The translations under genes were made by a program, and so were the position numbers. This document shows positions 19,164-28,503 of a stretch of DNA of 64,000 nucleotides, in pieces. Under the pieces are notes generated by a model that searched no databases, had not been told where the DNA came from, and saw only the letters and a list, made by a program, of their open reading frames with translations. Source of the DNA: a virus (lineage: Duplodnaviria; Caudoviricetes); IMG/VR virus record IMGVR_UViG_3300046779_001188, positions 3,492 through 67,491 of that record; one strand, 5' to 3'. Within the stretch, counting starts at the first letter, position 1. Every line of letters starts with the position of its first letter.

Positions 19164-19500
19164 GACCGAAGAGACAGCACAGCCTACTCAAGCACTCAAT
19201 GGAGAATTCACACCACCGAGAATTGAGGCACTGCGAGAAGCAGCAAGAATTATTTCAGGTGACCGAAATCGTAGCTATGGTGATCCAGAAGATAACTTCC
19301 AACGCACAGCTCAGATTTGGTCAGTAATCCTTGGAATTGAAATCTCAAATGAGGATGTAGCCATGATGATGGTGGGCCTGAAGATGGCTCGCTATGCAAA
19401 TAAGGGAAACTTCCAGCCAGATACATGGATTGATATCGCAGGGTACGCTGGCTGCGGGTACGAAGTGGGGCAACGCGAGGACGAAAAGAAGACCAAGTAA
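19147..19500 (+). CDS. DUF6378-like protein (117 aa)
   Basis: L.EA..II.GDR...YG.P..NF.R.A.IWS...DVA.MM..LK.AR...D.W.DIAGYA pattern. Confidence 0.75.
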   Translation: MSEQTKTEETAQPTQALNGEFTPPRIEALREAARIISGDRNRSYGDPEDNFQRTAQIWSVILGIEISNEDVAMMMVGLKMARYANKGNFQPDTWIDIAGYAGCGYEVGQREDEKKTK

Positions 19501-19770
19501 ATGCGCAAACCTTGGGAATACGAAGACCCACTATGCGCTCAAATTGGTGACAGCTATTTCTTTCTCAACGATAAAGACGAGTACGACCCTACTGCTGAAA
19601 TAAGTTACGAACCTGCACGAAAAGTGTGTCGTAGATGCGAACATATTGCAGAATGCGCTGAGTGGGCTGTACAAAATGAAGACTTTGGTTTTTGGGGTGG
19701 GCTAAGTCCCGCACAACGCAGAGCAATACGTTCTAGAGGTCTAACTTTGACACCTAAGCGAACTGCATAA
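19501..19770 (+). CDS. whiB: WhiB family Fe-S transcriptional regulator (89 aa)
   Basis: Four Cys (PLC; CRRC; AEC) plus FGFWGG and a basic C-terminus. Confidence 0.9.
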   Translation: MRKPWEYEDPLCAQIGDSYFFLNDKDEYDPTAEISYEPARKVCRRCEHIAECAEWAVQNEDFGFWGGLSPAQRRAIRSRGLTLTPKRTA

Positions 19771-19786
19771 GCGTTAGAATTTATAT

Positions 19787-20086
19787 ATGAGTGGTGCCCC
19801 TATTACATCCCCAGTCCCTCTATGCGAGGCTTGCTGGCTCAAAGACCACGCCCGTTGGGAACCGCACAGCATGGACGACAAGGGCAATATCAAAATGGCT
19901 CTTGCTGGAGTAGATGTCCCTCAGAAAATCAATACTGGTAGCGTAGAAACCTGCACGGAGTGTGGCAAGATAACTATTGCTGGTATATATGATTTCAAGA
20001 ACCCAGAGATTATTTTTAGCCCAAACGATTCTACTTATGGTGACAATGACTATGAGTATCAAGAGGAAGATCAGGAAGACTTTTGA
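19787..20086 (+). CDS. Hypothetical protein with two CxxC motifs (99 aa)
   Basis: CEAC...CTEC; TAGAAT 6 nt upstream of the ATG and no RBS (leaderless-like). Confidence 0.7.
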   Translation: MSGAPITSPVPLCEACWLKDHARWEPHSMDDKGNIKMALAGVDVPQKINTGSVETCTECGKITIAGIYDFKNPEIIFSPNDSTYGDNDYEYQEEDQEDF

Positions 20087-20421
20087 AAGATACACGCGTA
20101 GGGGAATCACTCTGGCAGCAATGGCATGGGTATGGGTACTACCCAACTTCCGATGAGTCTGAGATTGTCTACTTCACCGAAGAGCACGTTGATATGGATA
20201 ATGAGATTGTCCGTAGAGCTCTAGCTTCTAACCTCCAACGAGACGGCATTGCTGACTCTCTATCCAATGGATTTTCTATGATAGAAAATGCAACTATCCA
20301 AACTGGATGGGCTGGTTTTCTTGAAGAAGAGACCGAATTTACCTACTGTGATGAACAGGGCGAAACCGAGTATGGAGATATAGTTGAAAAGACTATTTCA
20401 ATTACTTGGATAGAATTTTAG
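20083..20421 (+). CDS. Hypothetical protein (112 aa, TTG start)
   Basis: TTGA overlap with the upstream gene; acidic protein with no recognised motif. Confidence 0.65.
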   Translation: MKDTRVGESLWQQWHGYGYYPTSDESEIVYFTEEHVDMDNEIVRRALASNLQRDGIADSLSNGFSMIENATIQTGWAGFLEEETEFTYCDEQGETEYGDIVEKTISITWIEF

Positions 20422-20474
20422 TTTTATAGTGTGTTTAGTCCACTAATTTTTAGTTTATAGCCTACTATGGTAGC

Positions 20475-20990
20475 GTGTGGAAACCTGCAAACAATTTAGA
20501 GTGGCAATCAGAAGCCTCCTGCGCTGACCCAAATCGTGAGGGCATGCGAGAGTGGTTTTTCTCCAAGGATCCACAAGAAAAGTATGCAGCAAAGAATCTA
20601 TGCTTTGGATGCCCTGTAAGGCAGCAATGTCTCCAGTGGGCTCTAGAGCATCGTCAAATTTGGGGTATCTGGGGTGGTAAAGACGAGATGGAAATCCGTC
20701 GAGCACTCTCAGTCTCTTACAAGGGTGAAGAAACTAAGCGTCGTCGCTACCCACACTGCCCATACTGCTCAGCACGCCCGTCAAAGCTTGTTACAAGCTC
20801 TCAAGAGGTTCCTGGCGGTGGACGATGGACAACAGCAAAGATTGTAACCTGCACGGTGTGCGAGTTCTCGTGGCGTAGCCGTACCAGCGTAAATGCTGTC
20901 GAGAACTACAAGCTAGAGCGTGAAGAAAAAATAGAAAAGCGTCTCAAGATCAAAGAGCGAAAAGCAGCTAGAGCTAAATCAAAAAAGTAG
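20475..20990 (+). CDS. whiB: WhiB family regulator with C-terminal zinc-ribbon extension (171 aa)
   Basis: WQSEASC...WFF...CFGCPVRQQC...WGIWGG, then CPYC...CTVC and a Lys-rich tail. Confidence 0.9.
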   Translation: MWKPANNLEWQSEASCADPNREGMREWFFSKDPQEKYAAKNLCFGCPVRQQCLQWALEHRQIWGIWGGKDEMEIRRALSVSYKGEETKRRRYPHCPYCSARPSKLVTSSQEVPGGGRWTTAKIVTCTVCEFSWRSRTSVNAVENYKLEREEKIEKRLKIKERKAARAKSKK

Positions 20991-22476
20991 AAGTATCTAT
21001 CTCAAACGATGGGTTCGAGGAAAGCTCTTTCTTCCAATACTCTCGGAAAGATTTGTAGTGCGACTTCGAGTACTCGTAGTTATTGAATTGAGCTAACTCT
21101 CCATGTGCTTGGTCTCTACTCATCAATCCCAATCCTGCAAGGCTCCACTTCCATAGTGCATCAACTCCCCAGTAATCCATGAAGTGTAGAGCTGATGGTA
21201 TGCGACCTTTTGCTCTCTCAAGATAGTCTTCAACTGGGTCAGTAGTTACCTTGTCATTCTTTATGTGACGCCAGAACTCGCTATCCTCGCGTCCTCCCTG
21301 ATAGTGCAAAACAGTGAAATCTTTATAGTAGTCATACATCTTTGAAGTCTTTTTGTTATAGATTTTCATAGATGCAGAATTCAAAGTTGTTTCAATGTCA
21401 GGGGTTAGGTACTCTTGACAAAATGTAAATAGCTGCATAATAGTTGCATGAATAGAAGTTGCTTCCAGTGGCTCTAAGAATGAACTTGCAAGGCCAACGG
21501 TAAGAACGTTGCCCTTCCAAAACTCTTCTAACCTTCCAGAGTCATATTGAATAAACTTTATAGGTTGGATTTCATGTCCTACAAGCTTCTCTGCCTCTAA
21601 CTTTGCATCTTCATCAGATATAAATTGACTGCTGTAGACATATCCGTTGCCCTTACGGTATCGGGTAGGAGTTCTCCACATCCACCCAGAAGACAGCGCA
21701 AATGCTTGAGTTACTGGCTTTATCTTTTCTCCATTTTCATATGGAGTCAAAAATGGCATAGCTCTATCAACTAGCAAACAATCTTTGTAGCTTTTCCATC
21801 CCATTCCTAGTTTGCTAGATATCACTCGAGCAAACCCAGAGGAGTCAATAAATAAATCTCCTGTAACTACTTCTCCGCTATCTAAGGTAATGCTTTCAAC
21901 AAGACCATTAGATTTGATAGTTGTATCGGTGATAATTGCATCAATTCGCTTAGTCTTCGTACTTCTGACTAGATAATCTCCGATGTACTTTCCAACCTTG
22001 AGGCCATCAAATTGAAAACCATGACCACCCTCAGGAGGCATCTTTCCAAGATCATAAGCTTGCCCAATCATGCATGAAAGGTAAGCCTTCTCTGGACCAA
22101 ACTCTGCTACTACATAGTTGAACATATGGTCTGGCGACCTCTTAGAAGATTCTGATCCTTGAATGGGTGCCCAGTAGGACCCTTTCTCTTTCGCCCAGTT
22201 GATGTGCTCTAAAGCAAATTTAGGAACACCACCAACTTTTATCATAAAATCTTCAAAATCAAACTTTTCTTGAAATGGATTTATATGTTCATTATTGGCA
22301 AATAAAGTACCAGCAAGTACGTCATAAAGAAGACCACTAGTTGCTTCTCCAGCACCAATAACCCCAATTTTTTCTGACTCGACTACAACAATTTCATGTT
22401 GCTCGGGATGGGCTTTGTGAAAAATAAATGCAGCCAACCAACCAGCAGTACCACCGCCAGCGATTACTATTTTCAT
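20974..22476 (-). CDS. Flavin-dependent (tryptophan halogenase family) enzyme (500 aa)
   Basis: FAD motif GGGTAG, IGAGEAT, conserved Lys in PKFALEHINW, WMWRTP (WxWxIP variant) and FLEPLEATSIH. Confidence 0.88.
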   Translation of the reverse strand: MKIVIAGGGTAGWLAAFIFHKAHPEQHEIVVVESEKIGVIGAGEATSGLLYDVLAGTLFANNEHINPFQEKFDFEDFMIKVGGVPKFALEHINWAKEKGSYWAPIQGSESSKRSPDHMFNYVVAEFGPEKAYLSCMIGQAYDLGKMPPEGGHGFQFDGLKVGKYIGDYLVRSTKTKRIDAIITDTTIKSNGLVESITLDSGEVVTGDLFIDSSGFARVISSKLGMGWKSYKDCLLVDRAMPFLTPYENGEKIKPVTQAFALSSGWMWRTPTRYRKGNGYVYSSQFISDEDAKLEAEKLVGHEIQPIKFIQYDSGRLEEFWKGNVLTVGLASSFLEPLEATSIHATIMQLFTFCQEYLTPDIETTLNSASMKIYNKKTSKMYDYYKDFTVLHYQGGREDSEFWRHIKNDKVTTDPVEDYLERAKGRIPSALHFMDYWGVDALWKWSLAGLGLMSRDQAHGELAQFNNYEYSKSHYKSFREYWKKELSSNPSFEIDTSTFLI

Positions 22477-22477
22477 T

Positions 22478-23551
22478 TTATTCTTTTTCTTCTGGATTTA
22501 CAGCTTTGAGGCAAAGCTCTAGGTTTGCTTTTAGACGTTCGTTATCTGGTTCTAGACTAAATGCATTAGTAGCATGTACTACTGCTTCTTCAAATCTTCC
22601 TAGATAGTAAGAAGATAGGGCAGCATAGTCGTGAGGAGCTGCTCCCCAAGACTTTGCTTCGCAGAGATACTCAAGGGGTTTCTCGACAATATTCAAAGCA
22701 TCAACTGCTGCATCATGGCACTTCTGCCAATCTTGACGTAGGTAATAAAGCTCTGCAAGGTCAACAAATGGTTCGCGGCGTCCTGGCGCCTGAGCAATTG
22801 CTTTGCGGTACCAAATTTCTGCTTCTGCAGGCAAACACTTACCAATAAAGCGCATTGATGCAGCACGCTCTGGTGCCCACTGTGCAGTCGGTAAACTTAG
22901 ATGACGCTGAAGCTCCTGAGCAGCTTCTGCATAACGACCATAGAAATACAACTCACGTCCATAGTAAAAAGCATTTCGGTCGTTGTAAGGATCTTCTTTT
23001 ACAGATAGAGCTAGAAGTGGAAGATATTGAGAACGCGACTTTGTTGGGTCTGGGTGGTGATGAGTTTCTAATCCATCAATCCACTCTTGCTTCTCTTCCA
23101 TTCCGTAGACATAAAGGCACTCGTGTACTGGGTGACGCCAGCGGTAGCCCTTGCGTGCGTGGATGTGGTCGTATGAAAATTCCAAACCTGGAGTTCCATC
23201 ATCATTCCAAGACCAGATGTGCTTGTAGCGGGGACGAGTAACTCCACGCTCCCATGCAGCTCTCAGTAAGTCGCGCCAACCAGGCGTAATGACTTCATCC
23301 ATATCAAGTGATATACACATATCAATATCAAGAGGAATAGCTGCTAATGCCGCATTGCGTGCATCATCAAAACGCCAAGGAGAGACGCGAACATCTACAA
23401 CATTGATACCAAGTTCTCTGGCACGTTGTACAGTGCCATCAGTTGAACCAGTGTCTGCAATAAGTAGGTAGTCAGCTTCTTTTGCCGCTTCAAACCATGT
23501 GTCAACGAACTGGCGCTCATTGAGCGCGATTGTATAGATTGCTACCTTCAT
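22478..23551 (-). CDS. Glycosyltransferase family 2 with C-terminal TPR repeats (357 aa)
   Basis: IALNE...IADTGSTDGT, RFDDARNAAL, SLDMDE (DxD), HECL; helical FYYGREL...AELYY TPR-like C-terminus. Confidence 0.9.
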   Translation of the reverse strand: MKVAIYTIALNERQFVDTWFEAAKEADYLLIADTGSTDGTVQRARELGINVVDVRVSPWRFDDARNAALAAIPLDIDMCISLDMDEVITPGWRDLLRAAWERGVTRPRYKHIWSWNDDGTPGLEFSYDHIHARKGYRWRHPVHECLYVYGMEEKQEWIDGLETHHHPDPTKSRSQYLPLLALSVKEDPYNDRNAFYYGRELYFYGRYAEAAQELQRHLSLPTAQWAPERAASMRFIGKCLPAEAEIWYRKAIAQAPGRREPFVDLAELYYLRQDWQKCHDAAVDALNIVEKPLEYLCEAKSWGAAPHDYAALSSYYLGRFEEAVVHATNAFSLEPDNERLKANLELCLKAVNPEEKE

Positions 23552-23560
23552 GTTTGAATC

Positions 23561-24136
23561 CTACCTTATCTTTCGGTACCAGCGTTGGTAACCGTCTACT
23601 AGTGTCTCTATGCGATCTGAGTAGATCGCAGAAAATGCGTCTATAGCCAATTTTGGCTCGGTGAGTGGGCCTAAGCCTGCTGACCATTGGTAATCATCAA
23701 AAGCAAGAATCCCGTCAACCTTCAAGCACTCGAACGCAGCGACTGCATCCTTTAGGACCCCATAAGCTGTGTGGTCCCCATCAATATAGATAAAGTCATA
23801 TTGCTCAAGATTGTTTTTGAAAAACCAATCACTGGTTCCTTTGAATTTCAAAATTTTTCTATTAGAGCGTCCATGCTGAGTCTTGTGATCATACTGAGCC
23901 TCTACGGCGTTCCACTGCATCTCATGGTGTGAGGGCTCATCAGACCCTTCCCATGTATCAACATCAACGAGAATGGAATCTTTGTGGGTTAGAACATTAT
24001 GAAGAACCCAGACAGAAGCATCACCTGTATAAGCACCAATCTGCAAAAGCCTAACTGGTTTATCTTTGTATGGTAGAACTAAATCTTCAAAATTTTGAAG
24101 ACCGTCATTGGCAAACCAATTCGGTAAAGCGTCCAT
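23561..24136 (-). CDS. Class I SAM-dependent methyltransferase (Methyltransf_24-like) (191 aa)
   Basis: LQIGAYTG.S, VDTW.GS, DFIYIDGDH, LK.DG++.FDDY.W. Confidence 0.88.
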   Translation of the reverse strand: MDALPNWFANDGLQNFEDLVLPYKDKPVRLLQIGAYTGDASVWVLHNVLTHKDSILVDVDTWEGSDEPSHHEMQWNAVEAQYDHKTQHGRSNRKILKFKGTSDWFFKNNLEQYDFIYIDGDHTAYGVLKDAVAAFECLKVDGILAFDDYQWSAGLGPLTEPKLAIDAFSAIYSDRIETLVDGYQRWYRKIR

Positions 24137-24163
24137 TTGTCTCTCCTAACTTGTATTTCTATT

Positions 24164-24787
24164 CTAGTATGGGGAGGCTCCAGAATAGCTGTTACCCGCC
24201 GTACCAGTCCAAAAACCACTATTGTCGCCGTCAAAGTAAGTCCCTAGGACTCCACCCCACTCCAGCATGACTGAATCTACTAGAAATTTCTCTCCATTAC
24301 TAGCCGATGAGGTGACTATACGGATTGCGCACCAATTAGCGATTGCTGATTTAGTGAATGATCCAGAAAGTCTTACCCATGAGCCTGTAGGAGATAGGGT
24401 TCTAACTCCAATATTTCCAGCAGCAACAGTACTAGTAGATGTCTCTGTTTCGTACTGCAAGACTCGAATATAGTAGTTTGCGTCCACGTTGAGCTCTGGG
24501 AGCTTTACATATGCACTGACATAAGAAAGACCGCTAGCTGGTAGAGGGATTCTAGATTCTGCAGCAGCAAATGATGCCGATGCATTCGTGACCTCTAGAC
24601 ATGAATTTCCCGAATGGCTGTCATAAGTGACTCTTTGAAGAGTGCCACCAGCTCCACCAATCCAGTCTGTAGTGTCTACACTAAAAGAAGGATTTTTTAT
24701 GTAGTTTATGCGGTAGCCCAGTTGTTTAGCTGACGCGGGGTTCTTTAGAGAACTAGCTGAAGAAAGTAATCCAACACTGATTGGCAT
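24164..24787 (-). CDS. Carbohydrate-binding-module-like virion protein (207 aa)
   Basis: NYIKNPSF...W start of a CBM4/9-like beta-sandwich, SAYVK, WVRLSGSF, and C-terminal VMLE.G...TYFDG. Confidence 0.65.
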   Translation of the reverse strand: MPISVGLLSSASSLKNPASAKQLGYRINYIKNPSFSVDTTDWIGGAGGTLQRVTYDSHSGNSCLEVTNASASFAAAESRIPLPASGLSYVSAYVKLPELNVDANYYIRVLQYETETSTSTVAAGNIGVRTLSPTGSWVRLSGSFTKSAIANWCAIRIVTSSASNGEKFLVDSVMLEWGGVLGTYFDGDNSGFWTGTAGNSYSGASPY

Positions 24788-24788
24788 T

Positions 24789-25247
24789 TTAGCTCAGCGC
24801 CAAATCTCCAGCAAGAATCCATTCGTCCGTACCGATTTTCACGCATGTGGCGATTGAATTCTGAGTGCGTAGCTTGTTAGTAGGAGTAGAAAGTAATACC
24901 ACTCCTGTATCTCCTACAACAGTTACCTGACCAACACCGTATTGGAGTATGTCAATTTTTTGACCTATTGAAAATGCAACTGTAGCTTCAGTTGGGATAG
25001 TTACGGTGAAAGCAGATGCATTGCTACACTTTAGGATTTTTCCAGCATCAGTTAGTTCCAAAGTAAAGCTAGCTGATTTAGCTACAACTGGCTGAGCAGT
25101 AGACCAATCACCCTGCGGACCAGTAACGCCTTGTGGTCCAGTAGGTCCTGTTACTGATGGACCTGTAGGACCAAGTGGTCCAGTTGCACCTACAGCGATG
25201 GGTTCCCACTGTGTAGTTGATGTGTTATAGCGTTTGATAATAGGCAT
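24789..25247 (-). CDS. Short collagen-like adaptor protein (152 aa)
   Basis: About 8 G-X-T triplets plus a C-terminal domain ending EWILAGDL, paralogous to that of 41094-42965. Confidence 0.75.
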   Translation of the reverse strand: MPIIKRYNTSTTQWEPIAVGATGPLGPTGPSVTGPTGPQGVTGPQGDWSTAQPVVAKSASFTLELTDAGKILKCSNASAFTVTIPTEATVAFSIGQKIDILQYGVGQVTVVGDTGVVLLSTPTNKLRTQNSIATCVKIGTDEWILAGDLALS

Positions 25248-25262
25248 CTATATCTCCTAGTC

Positions 25263-26843
25263 CTAGAGAACCGCTTGAGTAAACAAGGCTCGGTTTGAGT
25301 TAGATAGGGAAGCAGCAGTGATGCTTGATGGTAGATCTGTCTGAGCTGACACTGCAGCAGTGATTCTAGGAGAGAGAGCCAAAATAGCGTTCACGGGTGT
25401 GGAGGAGAAGTGAGAGTTACCAACAATAGTTGGAAGAGAGGCAGTGCTAACTACCAATACAGCGTAGGCATATAGAGTGCCTTTAGTCTTAGTCCAAGAT
25501 GATGTTAGTGCCAACTCATAGGAAGTGTTGGCAGTAGAGAATGTAGCAGTATCACTGGCTGTGATTGCAACTCTAGTCAGGTCACCAGTTAGCTCATCGA
25601 CAGAGTAAACTCCAAACTTTACAAGTGTAGGAGTTGCTCCAGCTGCAGTACCAGATGCCATTGAAAGTTTTGTGATTGTTTCTGTCTTCTGAGCTCTACG
25701 GTATGTAAGAAGAATTGTTCCAGAAGTACCATATGCAACACCAGATAGTGGAGCATTTCTACTGATGCTTGCTTCGCCACTTGTCAAAATATCTGTTGCA
25801 CTTAGCTTCAAATCTAGATCTGTAACCTGAGCTGTAGAGATTGTAATCTCATCAGCAGCCCCATCACCATGTGTTGCAGCGTGCTCTAATACAGCAGAAT
25901 CAACTGTTGTATCTACCCAAAGTAGAGTTGTGTCTGATGGAGGCACTGCTCCAGAAGAAATACCTTGTGCTCCTGTTGGACCCGTTGGTCCTGTATCTCC
26001 CTGTGGACCAGTTGGACCAGTAGGACCAGGTACGGTGGAGTCTGGACCAGTTGGACCAGTAGGACCACCTGGAGTACCAGCAGGACCAGTAGGTCCTGTA
26101 GCACCGTCTTGACCACCAATTCCTTGAGCACCCGTTGGGCCAGTGGCACCAGTCGCACCAGTAACGCCAATAGGACCAACAAGAGCCCATTCTTGGTTTA
26201 GATCAGACCATGCATAAATAAACTCTTGCCCAATGACATAAGCATCACCGATATTTCCGATAGGACTATCAGCAAGAAGAAGATTTAGAGTCGCGTATGT
26301 TCCCAAAACACGAAGGCTTGAACCTGCAGGACCAGTTGGGCCAGTAGGACCGAATGGACCAGTAGGACCAAGTGGTCCAGTCGGACCAGTAGGGGCTACT
26401 GAAGCAATAGTGTTGAATCCTGCTCCAGTATAAAAATTTACATCTTCGGTAGTGCTGTCAATCCAAATATCTCCGACAGATGGATATCCTGGCTGATTTG
26501 CAGCATAAATGATGTTTGCACGACCAGCTTGTTCATAGACGACAGTGCATTGGAAGGTAGCAGTAGCTGTTGCTGCTTTTACATATACCTGATCCCCGAC
26601 GTTTACTGGGAATCTAAAAGTTTCAAAGGCTTGTCCAACAGAAATTACTAAATCACTAACGATGTATGCGCGGGCAGATTCCACGCCTAGAGCTTCTATA
26701 GGCTCAACATATATGGTTACTGATGTATCTACTCCACCTTTGTTGGTGGCAATAACAGACGCTACACCCACCACATCTGCTGTTCCAAGTAGAACGGCAA
26801 CGTTGGCTACAGGAGAGGCTACTCCTAGTCTCTTTGCTGGCAT
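25263..26843 (-). CDS. Collagen-like fibre protein (526 aa)
   Basis: GPT repeats; N-terminal domain paralogous to 28504-30696; globular C-terminal domain. Confidence 0.85.
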   Translation of the reverse strand: MPAKRLGVASPVANVAVLLGTADVVGVASVIATNKGGVDTSVTIYVEPIEALGVESARAYIVSDLVISVGQAFETFRFPVNVGDQVYVKAATATATFQCTVVYEQAGRANIIYAANQPGYPSVGDIWIDSTTEDVNFYTGAGFNTIASVAPTGPTGPLGPTGPFGPTGPTGPAGSSLRVLGTYATLNLLLADSPIGNIGDAYVIGQEFIYAWSDLNQEWALVGPIGVTGATGATGPTGAQGIGGQDGATGPTGPAGTPGGPTGPTGPDSTVPGPTGPTGPQGDTGPTGPTGAQGISSGAVPPSDTTLLWVDTTVDSAVLEHAATHGDGAADEITISTAQVTDLDLKLSATDILTSGEASISRNAPLSGVAYGTSGTILLTYRRAQKTETITKLSMASGTAAGATPTLVKFGVYSVDELTGDLTRVAITASDTATFSTANTSYELALTSSWTKTKGTLYAYAVLVVSTASLPTIVGNSHFSSTPVNAILALSPRITAAVSAQTDLPSSITAASLSNSNRALFTQAVL

Positions 26844-26881
26844 TAGTTTCTCCTGAGTGGGCTAGTTAGGGGTTCCATAGA

Positions 26882-26887
26882 ATTATA
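26882..26887 (-). promoter_or_regulatory. Putative -10 box
   Basis: TATAAT on the - strand in the gap upstream of 26843; no clear -35. Confidence 0.45.
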
Positions 26888-26903
26888 CCTTTACTTGAGC
26901 TAT

Positions 26904-28475
26904 CTAACTACCAAAAATGGTGAAAACACGCTGCGAAGCGTTAGGTACATAGGCCATTCTCGGTGCACCACCCCACAAGCTAGTTGTTGAGGTGTAATCA
27001 TCGTCCATATTAGTTGAATATAAACTTGGGAGGCTTTCGTTGACCATATAACTAACTACCTGCGATGGAGCCCAGTCTGGATGCATCTGAAGGAGTAAAG
27101 CTGCCATCCCAGCGATTTGAGGGTTTGCCATAGAGGTCCCGCTGAGAAGAGCCTGTTTATACGAGACATTATGGAAATACTGGTAGTCAAAATTATTTAC
27201 ATTTGTTTGGCTCATGGCACTCATAATTTGAGATCCAGCAGCGTATATGTTTATACCTGGTCCAGCATTGCTATACCCAGCTTTCCTATCAGTACCACCC
27301 TGAGTCAGAGAGCTAACAGCTCCAACATAGAAAGCATCAATATTTTGTGAGCTAGGGCTAGAACCTCTATGATAGTAAAAAGTACCAAAGTCAGTAAGGA
27401 TGTAGTTGTTGTAGTCATTGCCAGAAGCATTGTCTACTTTTATTGATTCGTTTCCAGCGGCATTACAGACCACAATTCCAGCATCCACTAACTGGGCTAT
27501 ATCTGCATCAACTGATGGAACTCTAAATGGGTAGAGGTATCCAAACTCTGATATTTGCTGACCAGTATGGCCTTTTGCTGGATCTAAAGTTGAACCTGTC
27601 CATGAAATTCCTCTATATGATCCACCATTGATGTTATACAAAGTCGCAAACTCATCTTCGGAAAATGCAAAAACTTCTAAATCTGAACGATAGATAATTC
27701 CATAGGACCAACTATTGATAACAACAGTAGGGTGACCATTTGTTTTATTATTGTGCCAGCCCAAAAGAACATCGAAGGCCGTAGACACATCAAAACCCTC
27801 GTTTGGATCTGATGGTCCTCTTAGACCCTCTAGTTTGATAGAAAAGATTTGAGCATTTTTTGCCCAACCAAATGTTTTACCTGCAACAATCCCAGCAACA
27901 TGTGTTCCGTGTCCATCATAGTCTGTATAAAATCCTGTTGGCATTGTTCCAGCAATACCACTTTCGGCATACCAGTCAATTTGATTCACTCTGCTAGCTA
28001 GCGGGTTTTCTAGAGATTGAAATTCTGGGTGGTCCGCTTGAATACCACTGTCAAGAATAACAACATCAACATTAGTTCCGTCTAGAACGTAGTCATATGT
28101 TCCACCTGGATCATCAGTTGATGTTCCATAAATATTATTTGTTTTGATATGACGAAGTAGTCCCCAGTTAGCCTTAGGACCGATTTGAACGGTGTCTTTG
28201 CTAAATGTTGCAGTTTGAAAAGCCTTTTTGTATACCTTGAAATTATCTACAGTCTGTACTGCCTCTACTCGAGGATCTTGAGCTAAGAAAAATGCCTCGG
28301 CGTCGGATAAATAGTAGACAGTATTGCGCTGGTTATTTGGTCTTTCATTAGCAACTTCAACGACTCTATCTGGGATAGTTTCGGGGGTTGGCTCTGAAGA
28401 TAAAAGGTCATCCCATACGGAATCGGTGGTTGCCAAATCCGCTGTAGTTACCGTGTATTCCTTATAGTCACTCAT
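26904..28475 (-). CDS. Subtilisin-like S8 serine peptidase (523 aa)
   Basis: Catalytic triad and oxyanion motifs VVILDSG, DGHGTHVAG, AAGNE and SGTSMANP; N-terminal pro-region. Confidence 0.93.
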   Translation of the reverse strand: MSDYKEYTVTTADLATTDSVWDDLLSSEPTPETIPDRVVEVANERPNNQRNTVYYLSDAEAFFLAQDPRVEAVQTVDNFKVYKKAFQTATFSKDTVQIGPKANWGLLRHIKTNNIYGTSTDDPGGTYDYVLDGTNVDVVILDSGIQADHPEFQSLENPLASRVNQIDWYAESGIAGTMPTGFYTDYDGHGTHVAGIVAGKTFGWAKNAQIFSIKLEGLRGPSDPNEGFDVSTAFDVLLGWHNNKTNGHPTVVINSWSYGIIYRSDLEVFAFSEDEFATLYNINGGSYRGISWTGSTLDPAKGHTGQQISEFGYLYPFRVPSVDADIAQLVDAGIVVCNAAGNESIKVDNASGNDYNNYILTDFGTFYYHRGSSPSSQNIDAFYVGAVSSLTQGGTDRKAGYSNAGPGINIYAAGSQIMSAMSQTNVNNFDYQYFHNVSYKQALLSGTSMANPQIAGMAALLLQMHPDWAPSQVVSYMVNESLPSLYSTNMDDDYTSTTSLWGGAPRMAYVPNASQRVFTIFGS

Positions 28476-28503
28476 CTATCTAAAACCTGTCTCTCGTTAG
28501 TTG

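Noticed and set aside
19747-19780. TTGACA paired with TAGAAT as a full promoter
   Set aside because: The spacer is 22 bp, too long; only the -10 is retained as evidence.
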